Shown piece after piece: positions 1 to 11,721 of a stretch of DNA of 64,000 nt. Position numbers and translations under genes: made by a program. How positions within the stretch are numbered: position 1 is the stretch's first letter; every line of letters begins with the position of its first letter. The stretch is taken from positions 248,001 to 312,000 of the forward strand of contig JALDZX010000001.1 of the NCBI GenBank assembly GCA_022813865.1, read 5' to 3'. The notes under the pieces are model-generated. The model had not been told where the DNA came from. It made no database searches and saw only the letters and a list, made by a program, of their open reading frames with translations. The stretch comes from Xylographa opegraphella. Lineage: Eukaryota.

Positions 1-521
1 GCTGCAGCTCGTCGTCTCTTCCGCAGAGAAATCGAGCCCAGACATAGAGAATCGGGTTATCACAGCAGCACCACAGGCCGCTTCAGCGCGCAGCGCGTGC
101 ATTTTTTTCATGATTGGTACCTTAGGCTCATCAATCTTCGAGCGTGCTTGGAAATTGTTTCGTATAGTCTGGTACTACTAAATTCTCAGAAATAATGCAA
201 TCGGAAATAACATTGAAGTAAAAACAATTGCATCTCATGGTTGATGGACGTAGCTCGCTAAGCCAGGAATTCCTATAATAAGGACATACTGTTGAATAAG
301 ATCTCCAGGTATTACTACTCTTATGTTACAGAGCCAAGTATGTTTTGTCGTGGGCAATCAAAAGACATTCCGCGACCTGGTGGAAAGAGACAAACGAGGT
401 CAAAGTGGCCGGTGCGCCTTACTCCTTACGGCTAGAACATTACATTGGAAGCTGTCGACAACTGGCCGTGTAACTACCGTAACTTCTTGTCATAACGTCA
501 AGCAGTCCCAAATTGGCCACC

Positions 522-1058
522 ATGTATCCAACCCGTGTATTAAGGATGCAGCCTACAATGGCGTTGATGAGGCCTGTTCCTGTGAGTCCGTCAATACAAA
601 TTGGCTTCACTCAGAGCTAATGTATCCCCTAGAAAGAAGAGCATAGCGGTACGTGAACTGGTTCTGCGTCATTCTCACAAGCAGCAAGCTTTGCGAGCAT
701 CACATTGGTTGTGGCGGGGACCGCATCGTATGGCTGACCATACACGTACAGCACACACTATATCACAGCGCCTACGAACGCTCAAGAAGATCCCCCCCGA
801 ATTGATACCCTTGGGTAAGTACTCTATGATTGTCTGTGTGAGAGACCGGCTTCAACCCTCTGCTGATACTATTTTGTATTTAGGCATTGTGCTTGCGTAA
901 GTTTCAATCCACGCAGAGATTCGTCCTATGTATAACTGATATCATCTCCCGACCTTAGTGTTGCCCTTGGTGCCGCAGCCTGGTCCATGGGCAGTAAACT
1001 CGTTACCGACAAGACCCTGCGCCTGACGAAGTCTAATCGGTCGGATACATTCAAGTAG
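522..1058 (+). CDS. NADH-ubiquinone reductase MLRQ subunit / NDUFA4 (B12D)-like small mitochondrial membrane protein
   Basis: Kozak GCCACCATG at 522. Exons 522-581, 633-648, 752-814, 884-896, 959-1058 are all joined by GT-AG introns. The spliced product is MYPTRVLRMQPTMALMRPVPKEEHSAHTISQRLRTLKKIPPELIPLGIVLAVALGAAAWSMGSKLVTDKTLRL..., with the family-like PELIPLG motif and one TM helix. Confidence 0.8.
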
Positions 1059-1283
1059 GGAGTTCGTTGATGGTTGTCTGGAGTAAAAGTTGGTACCCTC
1101 CATGCAGCTCTTTTCGACTCCATGGAAACACGACAGGTGGAAGCGTGGTTGAATAACAGCAGCATGTGGTGCAATTGGCAATAACATTAGTCTTTCTGCA
1201 GCCGAAAATTGTACATAAACAAGGCTTTTCGTATGTGTATGCAAGGTCGCACAATCCGAGAAAATACTAAGCCTTTCTGACAT

Positions 1284-1802
1284 TCATGCTGGTTGAGGTC
1301 CAGCAACATCAAGTCCTTCTAATCCCTGCATTGGATCATCAGGCCTACTTTCTAATGCATTTCGCGCCTGTTCTGCTGCTAGCTTGTCCTCGTCACTAAC
1401 AGCATGCTTGGCTAGCCAGCCCTCCTGTGAATAATATTTAGCAAAAGATACCCTCGGTGCAATCCTGCCTCTGTAACTGACCTGTTCCCAAACGGCAGTT
1501 CTGCTTCCCAAGCCTTCGTTGCTTGCTTTTTGAGGCTTGGCTGCAGACACTTTGATAACTCGGCCAAAAATTTCGCTCTGATCCATGTTATCGATGGCTT
1601 CTTTAGCGTCTCCTGGTATCTCGAACTCCACGTAGCCAAACCCGCGATGTGGATCTGTAGAAGACGGTAGCTCCGGTTTGGGCAACGAGACCTCTACTAT
1701 CTCCCCGAACGGAAGGAAAGCATCTGCAAGGACTTTTTCGTTGACCGCATGATCCAGACCGCCCACGTAAACAGTGGCTTTCAGACGTGCAGCGTCTGTC
1801 AT
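1284..1802 (-). CDS. RRM-domain protein, cyclophilin-33 (PPIE)-like N-terminal RRM without a cyclophilin domain
   Basis: RNP2 VYVGGL and RNP1 RGFGYVEF. AIDNMDQSEIFGRVIKV matches the Cyp33 RRM. One 57-nt in-frame intron at 1425-1481. Confidence 0.85.
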   Translation of the reverse strand: MTDAARLKATVYVGGLDHAVNEKVLADAFLPFGEIVEVSLPKPELPSSTDPHRGFGYVEFEIPGDAKEAIDNMDQSEIFGRVIKVSAAKPQKASNEGLGSRTAVWEQVSYRGRIAPRVSFAKYYSQEGWLAKHAVSDEDKLAAEQARNALESRPDDPMQGLEGLDVAGPQPA

Positions 1803-2190
1803 AGTGGGTAACTCCGGGCTTATATTTCTCTGATCTGAGAATGGTCCGAATCAATTACCCATGTCCTGAGCAAGGAGACTGGATATCACGTGGACGCCCT
1901 GCAGGGGGCTGGCGTGCCTTTCCGCGCGGGTCATTAGAAGTAAAGTTGGCGGGCAACTGCGTAGCGCCGTTGGTTCGGCAAGGCCACATTATTGAATAAT
2001 ATTCAGCAAGCTGATCCCCATTTCATGTTTTCTGCGCATTGAAACTTCTTCTCTAGAGAGTACCCTGGCAGAAGCTTTAGTATACTACAACGAACGTTAT
2101 GCTTTCATGATTCATTGAACGAAGACTACTTTCGAGTCTACATCTCAACCGGACGCCCCACAAGCCCCTGGTTACTAAGATCTGGTCAAT

Positions 2191-5100
2191 ATGGTTCGAC
2201 TCAGAGAGATCCCTCGAACAGCAACCTTTGCCTGGTCGCCTGGTACCTCTTCACCGTTTCTGGCTACCGGCACCCGAGCAGGTGCTGTTGATGCGGATTT
2301 TTCAAATGACACCCAGCTCGAGCTATGGGACCTAGACTTAAACAACACGGAGCAGGCCATTGAGCTTCAGCCGGCAGCGAGCATAGCGACTGACTCGCGG
2401 TAAGCTAGCACTTTTTCTGAATATCTGGAAATATCCCGGACAGTGCTGACTGGAGAACCCGTGACCAGATTTCACGATATTGCATGGGTACAACCAAAAG
2501 ATGGATTCGAGAGGGGAATAGTCGCAGGGGCTTTGGAGAACGGCTCATTAGATCTTTGGGATGCTCAGAAGCTTCTGAATGGAGACGAGTATGATGTGCT
2601 CCTCTCGCTTTTATTGACTGTCTGACGCTGTTCAAGGGATGCTTTCATGTCCAGAACCTCAAAGCATAGCGGCGCTATCAAAACACTTCAATTCAACCCG
2701 TTCCGGTCAGAGCTCTTAGCGACAGCGGGCGCCAAAGGAGAGGTAAGCGATTGGCACCACTTCATTTGTTTGCGGTCTAACGCCGGCCAAGCTATTCATT
2801 TCTGATTTGAACAATATTGCAAACCCTTTCCGGCTTGGGAATACCGCAGCCCGAGCGGACGACTTTGAATGCCTGGACTGGAATAAGAAGGTCCCTCATA
2901 TTATGGTAACAGGCAGCAGTGGGGGTTTCGTCACTGTATGGGATGTGAAAGCAAAAAAAGAAAGCTTGACGCTAAACAACTTGGGTCGGAAACCTGTTGG
3001 TGCTGTTGCGTGGGACCCAGAAAAGGTTGGTTTTGTGCTCCATATGGCTAACATCTACTCGCTGACCATACCATGTTCCTCGGTAGCCCACCAGGTTGAT
3101 TACTGCTGTGCCTCTTGATACCGATCCGTTGATACTTGTCTGGGACCTTAGGAACTCTAACGCGCCTGAGCGGGTAAATTTCTCTTACTCGTTGACGTAA
3201 CTTGTCTGACATCTCCCAGGTACTCCGAGGTCATGAAGGGGGCGTATTGTCCTTATCTTGGTGTCAGCAGGACAGTGATCTGCTTCTGTCGTGTGGCAAG
3301 GACAATCGTACTATCTGCTGGAATCCTCAGACAGGCGAGCCGTACGGTGAATTCCCTGTTGTCACTAATTGGACGTTTCAAACGAGGTGGAATCCTCACA
3401 ATCCCAGTATACTGGCTACTGCATCATTCGATGGCAAGATCTCTGTGCAGACTATACAGAACACAAAAACGGAAAGTGAAGGTGTTGGTATGCAGGCACA
3501 AGCTCTTGATGGGGAGGACTTCTTCAACAAAGCGCAAACCCAGCCTCAAACTGCTTCTTTCACTCTGCCCAAAGCTCCGAAGTGGCTCGAGCGACCTTGT
3601 GGGGCATCATTTGGCTTTGGTGGAAAGATCATTAGTTTCACTCAAGCGGAGACCGAAGGTAGTCGAATGAGAGGTTCCCTGGTGCGGATATCCAATTTTG
3701 CAGTCGATTCAGAGATCGGGAGCATGACAGAAGCTTTCGAGAAAGCGATGAACGAGCACGATCTTACCTCTATCTGCGAAACTCGAATTACTGATGCTAA
3801 ATCGGAAGCGGAGAAGAATGACTGGAAAGTAATCGAAACTTTGACAACCGAGAATCCCCGGAAAGAGTTGATAACTTATCTGGGACTGTCACGTAATGAT
3901 GATGAGGCTGCGGACGATTTATCTAAGCTGAATATCAACGGAGATGAAGACCCGCTCGCGCCTTCGCAAGCCAATGGCGCAAAGAATAATCGGCTATCTG
4001 CCTTTTTCGACAATAGCCAAGAAGGTGACAACTTCCTCTCAGATTTGGCAGCTACCAAAGGGGCTAAAACCAATAATCCTTTTCATATATACTCTGACTC
4101 GGAGCCGGAGTCTGATAAAAAGATCATTCGGGCTCTCATGCTTGGTCAATTTGACAAGGCAATGGAGGTTTGCTTGCGAGAGGATCGAATGTCAGATGCG
4201 TTCATGATTGCGATTTGTGGTGGACAACAAGCTATTGACAAGGTCCAAAAGGCATACTTTGCCAAACAAGCTTCAGGTCCTAAATACCTTCGACTTTTAG
4301 CATCTGTCGTGGGGAAGAACTTGTGGGATGTCGTGTATAATGCAGATCTTGAAAATTGGAGAGATGTGATGGCTATTCTTTGCACCTACGCAAGTGCAGA
4401 AGAATTCCCAGATCTCTGCGAAGCATTGGGTGACCGTCTGGAAGAACATTTGTCGCACGAGCCTGACAATTCCACCCTCCGCAGTGATGCATCTTTTTGC
4501 TATATCGCAGGCTCAAAACTGGAAAAAGTCGTTGGCGTCTGGATTGCGGAGCTTGAAGATAGCGAGAAGTCTGGTATGCAAGATGGTAGCAAGGACTCAA
4601 CTTTCTCTATTCATGCGAAACTACTGCAGAGCTTCGTTGAAAAGGTGACCGTGTTCCGAGATGTTACTCATTATCAAGATAAGGAGCGCCGTGCTACTTC
4701 TGGATGGAAGCTTGCGCCACTATATGAGAAATACACTGAGTATGCTGATATCGTTGCTGCTCACGGACAGTTGCAAATTGCTGAGAAGTACTTGGATCTT
4801 CTGCCAGATAAATATCCAGCGGCAGAGGTAGCACGCAATCGTGTCAAGCAAGCCACTCGGAAAGCTGTTGTACCAGCAGCAACCCGGCAACCTGTGGGCA
4901 CAACTATGCCGTCACAAAGAGCTCCTACGAATGCGCCTAGCTTTGAGGACCAGCGTGCGCCTGCTTTGAAACCACCGAGCCAACCGGCAAACCCCTACGA
5001 CTCGATCGGTCTCAATCAACCGCAAAGCCAGTACGGGCAGGGTCCGTACGGAGCGCCTGGTTATCCACCACAACAACCTCGACAGCAGTTTGGTATACCG

Positions 5101-6320
5101 CCACCTCCGAGCTATGGTGCACCAATGCAAGCTTCGGCTCTGGGACCCCCACCGAGAAATCAGAATGCCACCCCATCTGCACCTCCTCCGTCTAAAGCAC
5201 AGAACGTAGGCAATTGGAATGACATACCAGAGAGTTTCGTAAAGCCTCCAACATCACGGCGAGGCACTCCCAGTGTGCAACCTAATACTATAAATGCTCC
5301 ATTTCCAAATCAGGCAACAGCACCAACTCCACCGATGGCTAACCAACCCTTCAATATGCAACCAAGATCTGCTCCATCTGTACCACCACCACCAAGAGGT
5401 TCAGCACCTCCACCTAGGACGATGACCCCTCAAACGAATGGGCCTCGATCTTATCAGCCTCCGGATCGACCATCTTCGTCTGCAAGCAATCTGTATGCGC
5501 CAGTAAATCCCAATGAACCAACTTCAGTACTACCACAGCCTCAAATCCCTCGTGGTCCTTCGCCGTATAACGCGCCCCCAGCAGGAGCGCCATCTGGGAA
5601 TCGTTATGCACCTGCGCCCATTACTCAAGCACCAGCTCAGCCTAATCAGCGACCACCTCCGCCTCCAAATCCTTTCGCTTCTCGGCAGAGCTTCTCTGGG
5701 CCTTCAGATCAGTCCCGTAATCAGTATGGAGCACAGGCTCCTCCACCGCAGCAGCAGGGTCCACCCACTCAGTCTAACATGCAGGGCGGTCCTCCTCAAG
5801 GACTCCCTCCGGGTGTAGCTCAATCACAACGTGGTAAGCCTGCCAGACCTGCCACGCCAAAATATCGTAAGTCGCTCGTTTGACACTCTAATTTTTCAAT
5901 CGTTCAAGCTGATATGTGTAAAGCGCCGGGAGATCGGTCACACATACCATCAAACGCTCAACCGATCTACGAAATACTCAACTCAGACATGCAACGTGTC
6001 AAAGCTAAGGCACCTGCTTCGTTCAGGCCTCAGGTCATAGACACTGAAAAGCGACTGAACATTCTGTTTGATCATCTCAACAACGAGGATCTACTGAAGC
6101 CGAACACTGTTCAAGACATGGTAGAATTGGCGCAAGCTCTGCAAGCTCGGGATTATGACCAGGCGCAGGCTATCCACATTGATCTTTTAACGAACAGGTT
6201 AGACGAATGTGGTAATTGGATGGTAGGTCTTTCCTTTAGAGGCTGCTCAAACGTGGATATACTGACAGTACATAGGTTGGAGTCAAGCGCCTGATCGGCA
6301 TGAGCCGAGCGACGCCGTGA
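2191..6320 (+). CDS. SEC31: COPII coat protein Sec31
   Basis: N-terminus [19 protein letters not shown]40 repeats, [18 protein letters not shown] motif, Pro-rich region and C-terminal helical domain ([12 protein letters not shown]...WMVGVKRLI). Seven GT-AG introns traced; stop TGA at 6318-6320. Confidence 0.97.
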
Positions 6321-6570
6321 ACTGGACAATAGAGCTTATAGCATTCGGTTGGCAAAAACGTTCAGCGATATCCTTCAAAGCTAGGACCTTAGCTTTGTTT
6401 GTTTAACATAGAGCATGTTGACTTCCTGGCGACGTACACGAGGATGAAGAATGCTGCGTGACATATCATATCCGGATTCTCTATGACAATAAAACCTTGG
6501 TTCTCGAATGTTACTTGTGGCCATGATAACTCGGCCTGAAGGAATCAACCATTCCCACCAACAGTGACAA

Positions 6571-7491
6571 TCAAGCGGTCGCTTTCCCTTTCCCTTTCAC
6601 ACCAGTCATAAGCTCTCCATTTGGCACAGTTGACTTCTCCCCAGAACTTTCGTCCACGCCTTCGTCCTCCTCTTCCATGTCGTCACTCATGAACTCATCG
6701 TCCTCATCAAAGCCAAAGTAGCTCCTCGCAGCAATCCCCTTGCCCTTCTCCTCTGGCGGTGTCCCCTCCTCGGAACTCTCCCCCATTTCCTCATCCCCGC
6801 TGCTGCTATTGATCCCCTCGCCCGCGCTCCTACTCCCACTGCTCGTCCCTAGCACCCCTTCCCACTGCCCGCTCTCCATCGCATTCTTAACTGCTTCTCT
6901 TGTCCGCTCCCCGGCTTCCTCCTTATCCTCCACCCACTTGCCATCCACCCTCCCCTTCGCCCCGCTCCTGATCTCCTCCTCCCTCCTCTCCGCCAGCTCC
7001 ACCACCTGCTCCCACCGCTTCCTTCTCGCCTCCTTCTCCTTCCTCTCCATATCCGGCTTCAACGCCAAGTACTCCGCTAGCGCTTTCGCCTCGTTCACGG
7101 TGCGGATGCGGCGTCCGTCGAGGTTGCGGTTCGAGCCGTTGTTTTCGCCCGCGTTGCGCTTGCGCTTCGAGGACATGCGCCCGCCGGCGGCGCGAAGTTG
7201 CGAGCCGAATCCGCCTTTGCCGCCGCAGAGGGGGACTGAGAGGCGGAGGGGGAGGATGTTGTCATGGCTGGTGGTGAGGAGGGTGGATATGGGCAGGGGG
7301 GAGGTCGAAGAGAGTTCTTTGTTGGAGGTGGTGGTGAGGATGAGGCGTGTGGAGAGGTCGGGGAGGCGGTCGGTCAAGAGCGAGGTTAGGTCCGAGATTG
7401 GAGTGGAGGCGAGGACGGGGAGGGAGAGGGTGGAAGGGAGATTGAGGCCTGGGAAGGAGGTGAGGAAGACGTTGATGGTTTTGTCGGCCAT
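6571..7491 (-). CDS. SDE2: Sde2 splicing/silencing factor (ubiquitin-fold precursor)
   Basis: Single-exon 306 aa ORF with a ubiquitin-like N-terminus, the [16 protein letters not shown] processing motif and [15 protein letters not shown]. Confidence 0.93.
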   Translation of the reverse strand: MADKTINVFLTSFPGLNLPSTLSLPVLASTPISDLTSLLTDRLPDLSTRLILTTTSNKELSSTSPLPISTLLTTSHDNILPLRLSVPLCGGKGGFGSQLRAAGGRMSSKRKRNAGENNGSNRNLDGRRIRTVNEAKALAEYLALKPDMERKEKEARRKRWEQVVELAERREEEIRSGAKGRVDGKWVEDKEEAGERTREAVKNAMESGQWEGVLGTSSGSRSAGEGINSSSGDEEMGESSEEGTPPEEKGKGIAARSYFGFDEDDEFMSDDMEEEDEGVDESSGEKSTVPNGELMTGVKGKGKATA

Positions 7492-7805
7492 GATGGCGTG
7501 TGTTTTGTGTTAGTTATGGAATAAAATTATTCGTTCTGGGCCAGTCTATACTTTATAGCTAAGCGTCCAGCTGTGTGGGGACTATGTGAGAGGTGAAAAT
7601 GTTTCAAGATGGAAGTATTTCGATAGAGGCGGGCATCTCTTATGGTTGGAAGTTGAGACTTGGGGCGCAGAAGGTGCTAGTCTGCTTACGGACTAGTTTC
7701 TTATTGAACGCACACATTCAATATCTCACATTAGCGATTTAATCAACATAGAACAATCGCATTGGTAGAAAGCGATTCCCCGAAGCACGACAGGAACTCG
7801 CCACC

Positions 7806-8482
7806 ATGTGAGCTCTTACATTACTCCTCAATGTCTATACCGTGCTAATCGATTCATCCAGGCTCATCCCAAAAGCCGACCGCAAGAAGATCCACGAGTA
7901 CCTCTTCCGCGGTATACCAGCCAACCTCCTTCTTTCAGACTCCCACCAGCTAACACTTCCCAGAGGGCGTACTCGTCGCCAAAAAGGACTACAACCTCCC
8001 CAAGCACAATGAAATCGACACCAAGAACCTCTTCGTGCGTTTGTTCCTGTCCAACCCCATGTTCCAAAAACCCGAACGTTAACCAACCTGAGTTTCGACA
8101 GGTCGTGAAAGCTTGCCAATCCCTCACTTCCCGCGGTTATCTCAAGACCCAGTTCTCCTGGCAATGGTATTACTACACCCTCACGCCTGAGGGGCTGGAC
8201 TACCTCCGCGAATGGCTGCATCTCCCCGCCGAGATAGTGCCCGCCACGCACATCAAGCAACAGCGCTCGCACGCACCACCGAAGGGTATGATGGGCGGAG
8301 ATGACCGCGAGCGCCGTCCTGGAGGACGAGGTGGACCGCGTGGAGAGCGTGGGGACCGTGAGGGTGGGTACCGGAGACGTGATGCCGGAGATGGCAAGGA
8401 GGGCGGAGCGCCAGGAGAGTTTGCACCTCAGTTCCGTGGTGGGTTCGGAAGGGGTCGTGGAGCTGCTCCTCCGTCTTCTTAG
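7806..8482 (+). CDS. RPS10: 40S ribosomal protein S10 (eS10)
   Basis: Exons 7806-7807, 7862-7911, 7964-8034, 8102-8482 give [26 protein letters not shown]...[43 protein letters not shown] and an RGG-rich tail. Confidence 0.97.
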
Positions 8483-8737
8483 GCTAGACCTCAATCGCGC
8501 GGACCGCCCTGTTGCCAGGATGGTATTTCGCTGTTAGGGCTCAGAGATAACGTCGTCGTTGGCTCTCGAGTCAGCTGCCTCTTACTAGGGGAGTTGATGG
8601 CATATGAACATATCTATCTCCTTCCTAATACTGCCTTGTATACTTTGATTGTTGCACAGTGGGACGTTCCCCTTTCTATATGCCCCACATTACGGACTTC
8701 GTCTCCAGGCTCCTCCTCTCACTTCCCTATATAAACC

Positions 8738-11158
8738 TCATCCACTCGCCCTCTCCCTCCTCAACTCATCATACCTCAGCACCGACCCCATCAGCACCTG
8801 CGCCCCGTTCGCACAATCCTCCTTCTTGCAATACTCAGCCGGGTTATGGCTCACGCCATCCCTGCACGGCACAAATATCATCGATGTCGGCACGCGCCTG
8901 CTCGTGAAGACGCTATCATGCCCTACCGCATCCAGTCAGCCAGCCACACATCCCCCCCATTTCCAGCCCCTCCCCTCCCCAGCATCAAAAACCCCCGCTC
9001 CCACCCTCCCCCCCCCAAGAACAAAGAAAATAAAGAAAGCAGACAACGCCCACTCACCAGCCCCGCTCCGCATCTCCACGCTCTCCAACCCGGCCGCGCT
9101 CGCCCGCACACAGCGCACGCAATCGGCGTCGAAGACGACAGCCTCGCTCGGCGCGTCCAGGCACCACTGCACCTCGCACGGCCGCCCGCGGACCTCCCCG
9201 GGCGCGAGCTGCGCCCCGCTCGCCAGCGCGGCGAACTCCGCTCTCATGGCTTCCTCCATGCGCAGCAGCGTCGCGTCCACTGGGTGTCGGATGTCTAGGC
9301 TGAAAGTCACGAGGCCGGGGACCGTGTTGACGGATGAGGGGGAGGGGGTGAGTATGCCTGTGTGGGAAAAGAGCGGGGGGTTAGGTGGGGGGTGGGAAGG
9401 GGAGGGAGGGATGGGGGCACGCACCGGTGCTGGCGAGCCCGTCGTGGGCGGCAGCGATGCGGTGCGAGGCCAGGATCAGTTTCGCGGCTGTGAGGAGCGC
9501 GTCGGCGCGTAGGGCGAGGGCCGTGGTGCCCGTGTGGCTGTCCCGGCCGCGGACGGTGATGGTGTGCCAGCGGTAGGCTTGGACCTGCGGCGCAGAGGAG
9601 GGGTGGTTAGAGTGCGTGTGAAGGTGGGGATCGGAAAGGGGGCATGGCATACGCCGCGGACGATGCCGATGTCGCGCTTCGTGGCTTCGAGGTGCGGGCC
9701 TTGCTCTGCGTTGGTAAAGGGGGGTCAGTCGTGATCTGCGGGAACGGCGGAGGGCTTTCGAATGCACGGAATGTGCGAGGGACATGTCCAGTCAGGGGGT
9801 GGGTGGGATGGAAGGGGGTACCTATGTGTAGTTCGAAATGGGCCTTGCAGTAGCCACGATTCAGCAAAGCAAGCACCCACTTGAGCTCCCCAAAAGGACA
9901 GGATACTCACCCCTATCGGCATCGCCTCGTAGCTAGCCTCCATCTCGCCCAGGTAGCCTATGCGCTCCAGCTCCTGCTTCATCGTGCGCCCGCCCGTCCC
10001 GACCTCGCGGAGGCCATGGGCCGTTTGCAGAGGGATGGCCCCAGCCCACACGCCGGACGACACCATCGAGATGGGAAAGCGGGCCCCTTCCTCGCTGCGG
10101 CCGCAGTTCAGCAACTGTCTCCCCCCCCCCGCTCCAACACGCAGCAGCCGTGCCCCCGACTTCGCAAAAAGCCGGCGCGGAAAAGGGCACTCACTTCGTC
10201 CAATTCACCACCCCAACCGGAAACTCCGTCTCGACGCCCCCCTCCTCTAGCACGCGCAACATCTCCACGCCCGCACAAACACCAAGGATACCGTCCTAAC
10301 GCCCGAACGCATCAGCCCAATCGCCGCTCCCGCGCGGCCGGGGCACGAGCACACAAACGCACGTATCGCCCGCCCGTAGGCTGGGTGTCCAGATGCGAGC
10401 CGGCGCACGTCGGGGGCCCGGGTCGCCGGCCCGGACGCACAGCGAAGGTGTTGCCCATGGCGTCGACGCGGACGCGGCAGCCGAGGGATCGCGCCGTCGC
10501 GGCGAACCAGTCGCGGGCGTGCTTGTCGGCGTCGGAGAGGGAGAGGCGCGACATACCGGTTGAGGTGGGGGCGCTGTGGGAGGTTGGGGGATTAGCACGC
10601 GATTTTGGGGATGGGAAGGGGGAGGGAGGGAGGGGAGGAGAGGGGGGGATGGGTGATGAAGGGATGACAGGAGTTGCGAAATGGGGAAGATGCGGTATGG
10701 TCATGGGAGAAAGGAAGTAAGTGACGCGGATGGGAAGGGGGTATCCTCCTCTTCGACATAAACCGCATCGGCCACAATGGATAGACAACAGAGCAGAAAC
10801 AGTAAAAGACACCCCCTTCTCAAACCACCACAATACAGAAAAACCAAAAACAAACCCAGCCCACCACACCACAANNNNNNNNNNNNNNNNNNNNNNNNNN
10901 NNNNNNNNNNNNNNNNNNNNNNNNNNNCTACCCTCCCCACCGCTCCCCCTCCCCCCACCGACACGAATAGTGAATATCACCCCACAACCGCTCCGCATCC
11001 ACCTTAAGCGCCGAGATCTCGCTCCGCCGCGGCGCCAAGGCGACCCGTGGCGAACTCGCAAAGCATCGCCGGAGCGGGGCCGAGGCGGCGGCTGCTGCGC
11101 GGCTTCGACGAGGGGCTACGAGTAAGCCGCAGGAGCGAGGGAGGAGGCGGATGGACAT
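8738..11158 (-). CDS. Beta-alanine synthase / N-carbamoyl-L-amino-acid amidohydrolase (M20 Zn hydrolase), probable mitochondrial presequence
   Basis: Nine exons traced. Motifs GSHLDTQPTGGRYDGILG, WTNEEGARF, AHFELHIEQGP, SGAGHDS and IFVPCRDGVSHNPAEY. Arg/Ser-rich N-terminus. Intron 1 contains the N-gap, so its interior is unverified. Confidence 0.9.
10875..10927. other. Assembly gap (53 N)
   Basis: Run of N just after the intron 1 donor of the M20 hydrolase gene. Confidence 1.
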
Positions 11159-11721
11159 TGTGCGCAAAAATGATGATGGAACTGTTCGGTTGAGCATTGA
11201 AGGGACACCGGATGGGTTATGGGGGAAAAAGGCTACGCAGGAGATGGATTGGATGGCAGGTATCTTAGGGTGCAAATGTGGGACTACTGGGGGTGTTTTT
11301 GGGGATGGGCGATTTGGATTGTGTACGGTGTGCAGTAGTGGTAGATCAGCGACGCACCGCCGATTTTTATCATAGGACCGTTGTGGAAGGTATCGAGGAC
11401 GGATTGGCGGGCACTAACTTACGCACATGAGCAAGGGTTTGGGTGATGAGATCGTACTACTAGCTACTATTAATAGAATTCGTCACTCGTCCCATCGATA
11501 GCGAGGCCTCTACAGCTGTCACCTCGGAAGCCACCGCTCTACCCAGCCATACCGGTTCATACCCCGTCCTGCCCCAGCCAATGGGGTATCCGAAGTACTG
11601 CAGCCACCGATGCAAAAGCTCCATCCGTATCTCATCATGCATCTGGTTGTTCCACCGCGCCCCTGAACGCCGCCCAATGTAAACATTACGTGTAGTGATC
11701 GTTCCAGTATGTACAACATTC

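Noticed and set aside
6740..7513. 257-aa plus-strand ORF
   Set aside because: Antisense shadow of the GC-rich, purine-skewed SDE2 gene; low complexity with no motifs.
7835..8494. 219-aa minus-strand ORF, and the 224-aa plus-strand ORF starting at 7808
   Set aside because: Respectively the antisense shadow of RPS10 and a read-through of RPS10 introns into its last exon.
8649..10720. Long plus-strand ORFs (287 aa, 279 aa)
   Set aside because: Antisense to the M20 hydrolase in very GC-rich DNA where stops are scarce.
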